48,443 nt of DNA from Candidatus Berkelbacteria bacterium CG10_big_fil_rev_8_21_14_0_10_43_13 (GTDB taxonomy: Bacteria > Patescibacteriota > UBA1384 > XYA2-FULL-43-10 > 1-14-0-10-43-13), in contig PEZW01000006.1 of NCBI GenBank assembly GCA_002773985.1, positions 1 through 48,443 of the forward strand, in the 5' to 3' direction. Positions 17,329 to 25,124 of this stretch are shown here, piece by piece. Under the pieces are notes generated by a model that saw nothing but the letters and a program-made list of their open reading frames with translations, was not told where the DNA came from and made no database searches. Position numbers and translations under genes: made by a program. How positions within the stretch are numbered: the stretch's first letter is position 1; every line of letters starts with the position of its first letter.

Positions 17329-17508
17329 TTGATATGCTCGATCTGCAAGAAACCGGTGCCATCGTGTCAGAAGGACAACGGTAACGACGGCAAAACTTTT
17401 GTCGCCGTTACTCACTTTCACACGAGAACTGGCAAAGAATGCGAGGGAAGTGGCCGAGAGCTCGTCGAAGAATCAGCCGAACTTCCAGAACTAGCCATCA
17501 CCGGCTAA
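17329..17508 (+). CDS. 59-aa Cys-containing mini-protein (island C), possible zinc ribbon
   Basis: TTG start 8 nt after GAGGAG (17315-17320). MICSICKKPVPSCQKDNGNDGKTFVAVTHFHTRTGKECEGSGRELVEESAELPELAITG. One residue below the ORF-track cutoff. Confidence 0.45.
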   Translation: MICSICKKPVPSCQKDNGNDGKTFVAVTHFHTRTGKECEGSGRELVEESAELPELAITG

Positions 17509-17621
17509 GTCAAATCGCGGTGAAGTCAAGTAACCGCGACACAAAGGGGGAACACACACAGCAGCGCCCGCCGTTCCGCCGGCGCTGCACCCCACTTTAT
17601 TTTATTACAATGATTGTGATT

Positions 17622-17646
17622 TCACCCTTCTGGGGGTGATTTTTTA
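17622..17646 (+). terminator. Intrinsic terminator ending the island C transcript
   Basis: TCACCC-TTCT-GGGGGTGA followed by TTTTTT. A second GC hairpin lies at 17561-17588. Confidence 0.6.
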
Positions 17647-17780
17647 GTTTAACATAGAATAAAAAGCGACTTTTGAAATTTAAATTTAGAACTTGAGATT
17701 TGACCTGCCCGCAATTGCTCAGCTTGTGCAGGCGGGTTAGTCCCCCAAAGGGGGATCTCCCTTTGGGAGAAAATTAGAAA

Positions 17781-18668
17781 TTAGGTCTTCGACTCTGAGG
17801 GATGAGCCCTCAGGCTCAGACTCGAATGAGACTTAGAAATTTTCTTCACGACTAGTACTATTTCACCCTTAACTTGATGCTCGCCAAGCGATTGAATAAC
17901 TCCGTCTACCCCACCGCCCCAATATTCCTCAAACATCTTTGTCATTTCACGACCGATAAAGACCTCCGTGTCAGCGCCAAAATAGGTCTTAATATCCTCC
18001 AGCGTTCGCTCTAAGCGGTTTGAACTTTCATAAATTACAATTGGACAATCGAGCAATGATAATTTTTTAAAACAGGTCTGACGGCCTTTTTTCTTTGGCA
18101 AAAATCCAGCGAAATAAAATTCTTTTTCGATCATGCCTGAAACTGAGGCAATCGCCGTTACGGCAGATGGACCAGGGATCGGAACTATTTGAATGCCACC
18201 AACGCTGTCATCCCGGACTGTGAGCTTGAGATCCGGGATCCAGGAAGTCGACACAGTCATTCCCGCGGAGGCGGGGATCCATTCCTTGATGTTTGGACTT
18301 GCCTGGATTCCCGCCTCCGCGGGAATGACAACTCTCTCGTTTGTCATTTCTCTGATTTTGCAAATCAGGACCTGCCCTGGATCGCTGATTGCGGGAGTTC
18401 CTGCATCCGTGACGAGTGCAATGTTTTTGCCTGATTTAAGCTCGTTAATTATAAAATCAATCTTCGATAGTTTGGAATGCTGAAAATAAGAAACGAGTGG
18501 TTTCTTGATCTCGTAATGTGCCAAGAGTTGACCGGTGTGACGTGTGTCCTCGCAAGCGACCAAGTCAACTGACTTCAGGATCTCCAGCGCTCGCAAGGTG
18601 ATGTCGTCGCGGTTGCCTATTGGTGTTGCAACTACATACAAAGTGCCTTGTTCGGAAATTTGTTTCAT
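17781..18668 (-). CDS. rsmI: 16S rRNA (cytidine1402-2'-O)-methyltransferase
   Basis: GTLYVVATPIGNRDDITLRALEILKSVDLVACEDTRHTG signature. Contains a ~40-50-aa repeat-derived insertion and a repeat-derived C-terminal tail. Confidence 0.9.
   Translation of the reverse strand: MKQISEQGTLYVVATPIGNRDDITLRALEILKSVDLVACEDTRHTGQLLAHYEIKKPLVSYFQHSKLSKIDFIINELKSGKNIALVTDAGTPAISDPGQVLICKIREMTNERVVIPAEAGIQASPNIKEWIPASAGMTVSTSWIPDLKLTVRDDSVGGIQIVPIPGPSAVTAIASVSGMIEKEFYFAGFLPKKKGRQTCFKKLSLLDCPIVIYESSNRLERTLEDIKTYFGADTEVFIGREMTKMFEEYWGGGVDGVIQSLGEHQVKGEIVLVVKKISKSHSSLSLRAHPSESKT
17789..17828. repeat. Hairpin repeat forming the last codons and stop region of rsmI
   Basis: TCGACTCTGAGGGATGAGCCCTCAGGCTCAGACTCGAATG. 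The same sequence occurs at 47384-47423. Confidence 0.8.
18207..18329. repeat. Three consecutive family-1 palindromes inside rsmI
   Basis: GTCATCCCGGAC..GATCCGGGATC, GTCATTCCCGCGGAGGCGGGGATCC and GGATTCCCGCCTCCGCGGGAATGAC. Translated as VVIPAEAGIQASPNIKEWIPASAGMTVSTSWIPDLKLTVRDD. Confidence 0.9.
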
Positions 18669-18710
18669 ATTGACTGTTTGTTAAGTATTTTCAGAATAGC
18701 GGCAACATCA

Positions 18711-18744
18711 ATACCCCACCTGACCTCCCCTTGATAAGGGGAGG
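18711..18744. repeat. Family-2 hairpin repeat
   Basis: ATACCCCACCTGACCTCCCCTTGATAAGGGGAGG. Confidence 0.8.
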
Positions 18745-18827
18745 AAGCCATCGGCGTTGCTACCACAAATAATGTGCCAGGTTTATTCATATCTCAATTT
18801 TTACCACAAAATCAGCCAATTGTCCAC

Positions 18828-18856
18828 TTGTGGTCCATGCGTAATTAAGCTAGTAT
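18828..18856 (+). promoter_or_regulatory. Candidate promoter TTGTGG-17-TAGTAT for island D
   Basis: Hexamers at 18828-18833 and 18851-18856. The composition switch begins ~10 nt downstream. Confidence 0.4.
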
Positions 18857-18880
18857 TTTGCTGTTCGCGGAGACGTTATC

Positions 18881-19156
18881 ATGCCAGGCCGTGCGACTCG
18901 CCGGATCCTCCTGACGCATTTACACAGAAGAAAAGCTGTCAAGGTTCGATTCGATGTCGTCGTTCTCGACTCACCCAGTGGAAAGACAAGGACAACGATA
19001 ATACTTGGACCGAGCCAATATGCTGGTTCAGGAATTGTCAGGTTTGACAATGAAACTTTGGTGATCTTGCCATACGGCAAAAAAAATGAACTTGAGTTCA
19101 TTGTCGAGTCCGTCTGTCGTCCCTCACTTGTCCCAAACACCGACCCGCCGGCCTGA
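18881..19156 (+). CDS. GC-rich orphan 91-aa protein (island D)
   Basis: ATG 7 nt after GGAGA. Beta-strand-like alternation (VKVRFDVVVLDS, TTIILGP, IVRFDNETLVILPYG). The stop sits inside the hairpin GCCGGCCTG...CAGGCCGGC (19147-19181). Confidence 0.5.
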   Translation: MPGRATRRILLTHLHRRKAVKVRFDVVVLDSPSGKTRTTIILGPSQYAGSGIVRFDNETLVILPYGKKNELEFIVESVCRPSLVPNTDPPA

Positions 19157-19233
19157 CGTCCAGTAGTGACGACAGGCCGGCAAGGAAAACTACCCTACTA
19201 TTCGCTATTCGTCTAATTAGCTATTGATTTTGC

Positions 19234-20616
19234 CTAAACAACCATCGTGTAGATCGCTGCCGCTCCGGCAACCGTCATCAGGATGACGCAGAGCCAGCCG
19301 AGAAACTTTGACAGGCCGCTACTGCTGTAATCACCCATAATCTTTTTGTTACTTGAGATCAGCACTATCAGCAAAAGCAATATTGGTGCTGCCAGACCGT
19401 TGGCCACTGCCGAATAAATCAGCGCCTTGATCGGATTGAGGCCGGTAAAATTTATCCCCCAGCCAATCAAGGTCGCGAAGATAATCACACCGTAAAAAGC
19501 GGAGGCCTTTTTCAAATTTAGATTTAGTCCCTCGCGCCAATTAAACATCTCTGATAGAGCATAGGAAACACTTCCCGCCAAGACAGGGATTGCCAGCAGA
19601 CCAATCCCGATGATCCCGATAGCGAAGAGCAGGTAAGCATTATCACCAGCGATCGGTCGCAGGGCGTTGGCAGCATCTGCCGCCGAGGCGATATTGGTGA
19701 TACCAGTCTTGTGCAGGACAGCAGCACAGACTGAGATGATAAAAAACATCACCAAGTTTGAGTAAAACATTCCCGACCAGACGTCCGCTCGCATCCCTCT
19801 GAGCCGGTCAGGATTTGCCGCCATTTGACGCAACTTGATCGAAGTATTACCCTGATCAGCCGAATCCTCAACCTCCTGATTTGACTGCCAGAAGAAGAGG
19901 TAAGGTGAAATAGTCGTGCCGAGAATAGCACAGACAAGAATAATCTGGTCCTTGGTCCAAGCCATGTGCGGCACGAGCAAACCATGAAAAGCCGCTTGCC
20001 AATCCATATGCACAGAAGGGATAAAGGCAGTGAAAATGTAGGCAAAGAGAGCAAAGGATAGATATTTGAGATATTTAGAGTAGACACGGTAGCTAATAAA
20101 TATTTGTAGAGCCAGGGTGATAATGACGAACAGAAGAGTAAATCTGATAAAAGAAATGCCTGGGTAGAGTAATCGGGCCGCGGCCGCCATCGCTCCGAGA
20201 TCAGCACCGATGTTGAAAATATTGGCGGCTAGCAAGAGAAGCGTCGCCAAGACAAGGACCCAACGAGGAAAATGACGTTTGATATTGGCAGCCAGACCAC
20301 GACCAGTGACAATACCAATCCGAGCACACATTTCCTGAACACCAGCCATCAGCGGAAAAGTCACCAGTGCCAGCCAGTTGAGAGCAAAACCGTACTGAGC
20401 ACCTTGCTGAGAATAGGTCGCAATACCAGAACAGTCGTCGTCAGCGGCACCAGTCGTCAGTCCTGGACCAAGCACGTTCCAATACGCCTTCGTCTTCAGC
20501 GCCGGTTTCGTCGACATCGCTCCGTTGGCCATTCGTTCCGTCATTTCGATCGTTTTGTCGAGCACAATAGCCGGCGACTCCGCCACTCTTTCAAAAAAAT
20601 CTTTTTCTTTTGGCAT
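19234..20616 (-). CDS. mntH: NRAMP-family divalent metal transporter
   Basis: GPGLTTGAADDD and MAGVQEMCARIGIVTG motifs. ~11 TM segments. Confidence 0.9.
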   Translation of the reverse strand: MPKEKDFFERVAESPAIVLDKTIEMTERMANGAMSTKPALKTKAYWNVLGPGLTTGAADDDCSGIATYSQQGAQYGFALNWLALVTFPLMAGVQEMCARIGIVTGRGLAANIKRHFPRWVLVLATLLLLAANIFNIGADLGAMAAAARLLYPGISFIRFTLLFVIITLALQIFISYRVYSKYLKYLSFALFAYIFTAFIPSVHMDWQAAFHGLLVPHMAWTKDQIILVCAILGTTISPYLFFWQSNQEVEDSADQGNTSIKLRQMAANPDRLRGMRADVWSGMFYSNLVMFFIISVCAAVLHKTGITNIASAADAANALRPIAGDNAYLLFAIGIIGIGLLAIPVLAGSVSYALSEMFNWREGLNLNLKKASAFYGVIIFATLIGWGINFTGLNPIKALIYSAVANGLAAPILLLLIVLISSNKKIMGDYSSSGLSKFLGWLCVILMTVAGAAAIYTMVV

Positions 20617-20681
20617 TTTCCCCTCACTTATTTGGAATTAGGAATTATGAATTATGAATCAGAGAGCAAGGAGAAACTCAC

Positions 20682-21668
20682 CTAATTCGTTATTCTTAAT
20701 TCCTGATTCAGTGTTTGCGCAAACTTTGCCCAATCTTCAATAGACAATTCCTGTGCTCGGACGTTTTCCGATAATCCGACTGATTTAATTATAGCTGATG
20801 CTGTTGTTTTGTCGATATGGTAACCAGCTGATAAATTATTGGCTAGTGTCTTGCGTTTCGAAGCAAAACCGATATGAACGGTGCGGAAAAAGGCTTTTTC
20901 ACCAAGAGACTGAGTGGCAGAGAGACTGAGTGGCAGAGTTTTTTCTAGTTTTTCTCTCCGACTCTCCGACTCTCCGACTCTCCGAAACTTGTGCGTTTTG
21001 ATCCGTATAATCGCACTATCTACCGCCGGAGCCGGAAAAAATGACTCCTTCGGAACGACACTGATTATCTCCGGCTCACCGTAAGCTTGGACTGAAATCG
21101 CGAGGACGGACAGATGCCCTGGCTTAGCGCAAATTCTTTCAGCAACTTCCTTCTGAACAAGCAGGGTTATGCTCTCGGGTTTGTTCTCTAGAGTCAGAAA
21201 AAGCTGGAGAATTTTTGAAGTTATATAATACGGGATATTGGCAACAACTTTGTAAGCTGGACAATCTTTGGTCAACTCCGAAATGTTTAGTTTTAGTATA
21301 TCAGCATTGATAATTTCAAGATTGCTCGATTGCTCGACCCGCCTGCCGGACGGGCAGGTTGCTCGATTGTCTTTACTCCCCAACAATGGAACAATTGAAC
21401 AATGAAACAATTGCCCTAGAAGCTCCGCCAATTTGTCATCCATCTCCACGGCAATAATTTTTCCGGCTTTTTTGACTAGTTCGACTGTTAGTGTCCCCAC
21501 CCCTGGTCCGATCTCAATTACTAAATCGTCAGGCGCAATCTCCGCCGTTTCGACGATTTTCTCCAAAACTTCACGATCAACTAGAAAATTCTGCCCCAAA
21601 GAGTGCTTGGTGTAGAGGCCATTTAGTTTTAAATATTGAATTAGTTGTGTTTTGTCGCTTAAATCCAT
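20682..21668 (-). CDS. rsmA: 16S rRNA (adenine1518/1519-N6)-dimethyltransferase
   Basis: SLGQNFLVD, EIGPGVGTLT and ANIPYYITS motifs. Lengthened by two low-complexity insertions. Confidence 0.88.
   Translation of the reverse strand: MDLSDKTQLIQYLKLNGLYTKHSLGQNFLVDREVLEKIVETAEIAPDDLVIEIGPGVGTLTVELVKKAGKIIAVEMDDKLAELLGQLFHCSIVPLLGSKDNRATCPSGRRVEQSSNLEIINADILKLNISELTKDCPAYKVVANIPYYITSKILQLFLTLENKPESITLLVQKEVAERICAKPGHLSVLAISVQAYGEPEIISVVPKESFFPAPAVDSAIIRIKTHKFRRVGESESRREKLEKTLPLSLSATQSLGEKAFFRTVHIGFASKRKTLANNLSAGYHIDKTTASAIIKSVGLSENVRAQELSIEDWAKFAQTLNQELRITN
20906..20985. repeat. Tandem repeats inside rsmA (16-bp x2 and 8-bp x3-4)
   Basis: GAGACTGAGTGGCAGA x2 (20906-20938) and CTCCGACT units (20954-20985). 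Encodes RRVGESESRREKLEKTLPLSLSATQSL. Confidence 0.85.
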
Positions 21669-21676
21669 GTTCTATC

Positions 21677-21710
21677 CCTCCCCTTAGCAAGGGGAGGCTA
21701 GGTGGGGTAT
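21677..21710 (-). promoter_or_regulatory. Family-2 hairpin repeat supplying a self-paired SD for rsmA
   Basis: Minus strand: ATACCCCACCTAGCCTCCCCTTGCTAAGGGGAGGGATAGAAC-ATG. Confidence 0.6.
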
Positions 21711-21743
21711 GTCTGACCTAATACCTAATCTTAATTCTTAATT

Positions 21744-22733
21744 CTAATCAGTCGATGGATAGTATTTTTCTACTCTCACATTTGAAATAATACCCTGACC
21801 GAGCGAGGCTCCGAGTGCTGTAAATGCTGATGTAGAGAGATCAAGAATCCGTCCCGGAGTCTGGATGCCGCCGCCGGAAGTAGTGATATCGACACTTTTG
21901 CCGTTCGCCAGATTGACAACATGAACTTTTGTCCCTTTTGGCAAAATATTACAGGCACCAATCATATTTGATGTGTTGATATACCAACTCGCCTTACCGG
22001 AACCATAAACGACAACCTTCGTCCCGATTTCGTCAATTTCACTGACTGGCACTTGAGTGACTTCGCTTTTGATCAATGTTTTAGAAACCTCTTCGCCGTC
22101 CTCGCGAATAACCAGATAAGTTTTGGCTCGACTACCCAGGACGCCCTTTTGCAAAACACTTTTTGTTCCCTTTTCCAAACTTGGATTTTCTTTTTTGACA
22201 ATACTGAAATTAATATTCTCGCTTTCGACCACGTTTGTCCTGGCAACACGGGCAATGTGAATCTCCATCTCTAACTCAGTCCTCGTATCAGTCGCAAAGT
22301 TTATCTTATCGTCGGCACCGAGTGATTGGACTTTGCCGTCAGTCAGGACACCGCCGACCGTCTTGGCCCAGCTCCGAACTGTGATATTTTTCTTACCATC
22401 GACAACTGTAAAGACCGGCGCGCGATAAAGAGTGATCTTACTACCGATTCCCATCTTAATATCAGGAAAGGCTGTAAACTTGTCTTCGACAAATGGCTTC
22501 GCGCCGATGTCACTTGCAATTTTGATCGGATCAATGTTTGCAGTAGTACCCGAATATTCCTTGACCAAGTGGCCATCCGGCGCAATCTCGTCGATGATAT
22601 ATGGCAGAGCCAGTTCCTCCCCTCCCCGAGGAGAGATTAGCTGGGGTTTGTCAAACGACGAAAAAGTCATCGCCCCAACACTCAGGGGAATAATGGCGAC
22701 ACCAGCAAAGAGAAATTTGAAGTTAAATTTCAT
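21744..22733 (-). CDS. Secreted cell-wall protein with G5 and 3D/RlpA-like (DPBB) domains
   Basis: N-terminal signal/anchor. C-terminus GKASWY...GTKVHVVNLANGKSVDITTSGGG...LDLSTSAF is typical of the 3D/RlpA fold. An in-frame family-2-like repeat lies at 22616-22648. Confidence 0.75.
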   Translation of the reverse strand: MKFNFKFLFAGVAIIPLSVGAMTFSSFDKPQLISPRGGEELALPYIIDEIAPDGHLVKEYSGTTANIDPIKIASDIGAKPFVEDKFTAFPDIKMGIGSKITLYRAPVFTVVDGKKNITVRSWAKTVGGVLTDGKVQSLGADDKINFATDTRTELEMEIHIARVARTNVVESENINFSIVKKENPSLEKGTKSVLQKGVLGSRAKTYLVIREDGEEVSKTLIKSEVTQVPVSEIDEIGTKVVVYGSGKASWYINTSNMIGACNILPKGTKVHVVNLANGKSVDITTSGGGIQTPGRILDLSTSAFTALGASLGQGIISNVRVEKYYPSTD

Positions 22734-22739
22734 ATGGTT

Positions 22740-22773
22740 CCTCCCCTTAGCAAGGGGAGGCTAGGTGGGGTAT
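22740..22773 (-). promoter_or_regulatory. Family-2 hairpin repeat supplying a self-paired SD for the G5/3D gene
   Basis: Minus strand: ATACCCCACCTAGCCTCCCCTTGCTAAGGGGAGGAACCAT-ATG. Confidence 0.6.
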
Positions 22774-22924
22774 GTTTCCACCTGAAGCTAATTTATTAAA
22801 CTCCAACTATTTTACAACAAAAAAACCGTTAACTCAAATTTTTGTCAATGGTTCCTCTCCTTTCCAAGGAGAGGTTGGGTGAGGTGAAATTGATGCCGTT
22901 CTGAATATGGTTTTGTATTTTTAT

Positions 22925-23129
22925 ACCAGTGTTGTAAAATTCGACGCTTGGTGTCATTCTGAGGCAACGAAGAATCTGTTCGACTTCACTCCAGCCTTCG
23001 TTAAAGTCTTCAATTACACTCAGACCATGCGCGCAAGTCGAATGGCTACGGCCGGCCGGCAGGACAGGGCTCTTAGATCCTTCGCCTCCAAGCAAGATCG
23101 GCTCAGGATGACAATTACGCAACACTGGT
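22925..23129. mobile_element. ~205-bp MITE-like element, copy 2 (inverted relative to copy 1)
   Basis: The reverse complement aligns end to end with 5768-5973, with the same termini ACCAGTGTTG.../...CAACACTGGT. Confidence 0.85.
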
Positions 23130-23488
23130 AATAGTGGTATTTTTGTATAATTTGTATTTTTGGGGTTATCTACCACAAAATTAGCTGCTACCAATTTATT
23201 TGTTAATTAAAACTGGTTTTGTCCAATTGCTTCAAACCTCTAAACAAGTCTTGCACAATTGTTTGCAACCTCAAAAAAGTTAGATGCGATATATGCCCTT
23301 CAAGCAGAGAAATACTCCACTCTCGGGTTATGTTTTCCCCTCCGAAGTTCGAGATAGTTTGAGCCCATACAACGGGTTCAATGCCCCTCAACATTCGAGG
23401 TACTTTTATTGTACCCCTACCACATTTGTCCTGTCAAACAACACCCTAAGTCCTAAGTCCTAAGTCTTTAGTCCTTCGTCCCTCTGCC

Positions 23489-23517
23489 TTGCTTTTTTTC
23501 TGTTTTTGGGCTAGATT
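23489..23517 (+). promoter_or_regulatory. Promoter TTGCTT-17-TAGATT for island E
   Basis: Hexamers at 23489-23494 and 23512-23517. GC-rich sequence starts at ~23521. Confidence 0.45.
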
Positions 23518-23587
23518 TTACACGGTTCGATCTGACCCCAGCCAAACTGGGTTACGCAGTACCATGCCTCCGAAGGGGAGAACGCAA

Positions 23588-24964
23588 ATGAAGAAGGTGC
23601 TGATCGTCGTCCCAGCAAGAGAAGACGGAACTGGGAGATTTCTAAAACCATTGATGACCCCCGGGTCAGCGATGGCAGTCGCCGGTTTCACCCGAGAGGT
23701 TGCCGACCAGCTTGATCTCGACATCCGCTGTGTCATCTGGGATGAGCACGTCAAAGGCCCTGTCCGGTCCGACAATCTGGCGGGCTACGATCTCTGTCTC
23801 CTGACCTACCTGACTCCAAGTCGGCTCGGCGCGTATCGCGTCGCAGATTTGGCTCGGGAGTTGGGAGTCCCGACGATCGCCGGTGGCATCGACGTCACCG
23901 GTCTCTGTCGTGACGGAGACCAAGACCAGCTGATGGAGCATTTCGACGCAATCTACTCCGGTCATCTGACCGTAGCAAGTTGGCAAAGAGTGCTGACAGA
24001 CTGGCGGAACGGTGCTTTGCGCGGGAATATCTACCAGCCAGGTACTGGAGAGAACTTCGAGTTTGTCATTCCCGCTTGGGACCTGATCGACACCGACAAC
24101 TACATCTTCTCTGCGATCCAGAGCTCTGCCGGGTGCCCCTACGACTGCGAGTTCTGCGGGGTCGGTCTGGTCGCAGGATTTCGCAGAGTCCATCTCAAGC
24201 CAATCGAACTCCTCGAGGCCGAGATCAAACACCTCCTCTCTGGGGGTGCAAAATTCTTGGTCGACTGCTCAGACTGCTTCGGAGCAAATCTCGAGCACTA
24301 TCGAGACACGGTCTTGCCGCTACTCAAGGAGACTGGCATTCCTTGGGCGACCGAGATCTCAATCCCGCTCCTCGTCGGCGCGGACGGTGAGTCAGGACTA
24401 CTACAGGAGATGAAAGACGCCGGTTGCGTCCTCGTCTATATCGGTGTCGAGTCGCTGAAAGAGAAGTTCGGCAAGAACAAACTGAACCTGGTCGAGCGGA
24501 CAATCGAGCGTTGCAACCAGCTCGTAGTGCTGGTTTTAGTATCACTCGTCCTTGATTGCGAGGCCGATGCGACGGCCAAGTCTGTCAAGGACACCATCAG
24601 CCAGTTGTTGAAACTGGGAGTGCACTTCTTCCAGTTTTCACTCAGCGCGGCAATCCCCGGCACTAGGTTGCACGCTCATGTCATCGCTGAGGACAGCCTA
24701 CTGACAAGCGACCCAACAGTGTATGATGGTTTGCACGCCACCATCGGACACATTGCTTCGCCGCAAGAACGCACGCGCTGGCTGAAGTACGGCTGGAGGC
24801 GAGTTTATGGGCCGTGGAACCTGGCCAGACTGATCGCCTGGACCAAGACGCATCAGCCGGAGCTTCTGCCGATTCTCGTCAGTACGTTCCGCCGTATCCA
24901 AGCCGGCGCCAGTGTCTGGAAGAGAGCACATCGAACTCGACAGTCACAGCAGACTGACAACTAA
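23588..24964 (+). CDS. Class B (B12-binding domain) radical SAM enzyme, GC-rich (island E)
   Basis: Rossmann-like N-terminal domain (KVLIVVP...CLLTYL...IAGG) followed by SSAGCPYDCEFC (CxxxCxxC). ATG 23588 follows GGGGAG. The ORF-track start 23489 coincides with the promoter. Confidence 0.85.
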   Translation: MKKVLIVVPAREDGTGRFLKPLMTPGSAMAVAGFTREVADQLDLDIRCVIWDEHVKGPVRSDNLAGYDLCLLTYLTPSRLGAYRVADLARELGVPTIAGGIDVTGLCRDGDQDQLMEHFDAIYSGHLTVASWQRVLTDWRNGALRGNIYQPGTGENFEFVIPAWDLIDTDNYIFSAIQSSAGCPYDCEFCGVGLVAGFRRVHLKPIELLEAEIKHLLSGGAKFLVDCSDCFGANLEHYRDTVLPLLKETGIPWATEISIPLLVGADGESGLLQEMKDAGCVLVYIGVESLKEKFGKNKLNLVERTIERCNQLVVLVLVSLVLDCEADATAKSVKDTISQLLKLGVHFFQFSLSAAIPGTRLHAHVIAEDSLLTSDPTVYDGLHATIGHIASPQERTRWLKYGWRRVYGPWNLARLIAWTKTHQPELLPILVSTFRRIQAGASVWKRAHRTRQSQQTDN

Positions 24965-24997
24965 CCGTAGAGAACACTCGTTCTCGAATAGCCGCAG

Positions 24998-25021
24998 CCG
25001 CCCCCTGGAAAGGGCGGTTTT
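24998..25021 (+). terminator. Intrinsic terminator after the radical SAM gene
   Basis: CCGCCC-CCTGGAAA-GGGCGG followed by TTTT. Confidence 0.6.
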
Positions 25022-25031
25022 GCACTTGGTC

Positions 25032-25064
25032 CCTCTCCTTTTTAAGGAGAGGTCAGGTGAGGTT
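25032..25064. repeat. Family-2 variant hairpin repeat
   Basis: CCTCTCCTTTTTAAGGAGAGGTCAGGTGAGGTT. A sister copy lies at 22854-22886. Confidence 0.75.
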
Positions 25065-25124
25065 TATTTAGAAACAAAAAAACTAAACTGGTTTGGCCAC
25101 CGGTTTTTTCTCTAATTTGCAAAT

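Noticed and set aside
19749-20207. 152-aa ORF in an alternative frame of the NRAMP gene, and the 137-aa plus-strand ORF 20272-20685
   Set aside because: They are nested in or antisense to a transporter frame with clear NRAMP motifs.
22829-23194. ORFs 5716..5994, 22829..23194 and 22907..23131 with shared peptide FVKVFNYTQTMRASRMATAGRQDR
   Set aside because: They are translations of the two MITE copies. The similarity is at nucleotide level across the whole element, including the non-ORF parts.
23203-23394. 63-aa minus-strand ORF upstream of the radical SAM gene, considered as a possible precursor peptide or small protein
   Set aside because: No SD, opposite strand, native AT-rich composition, nothing peptide-like. 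The region also contains two CAATTG(C/T)TT..AACCTC direct words and may be regulatory. Left unannotated.
23666-24232. 188-aa antisense ORF and other alternative-frame ORFs inside the radical SAM gene
   Set aside because: An artefact of high GC. The sense frame carries the CxxxCxxC and B12-domain features.
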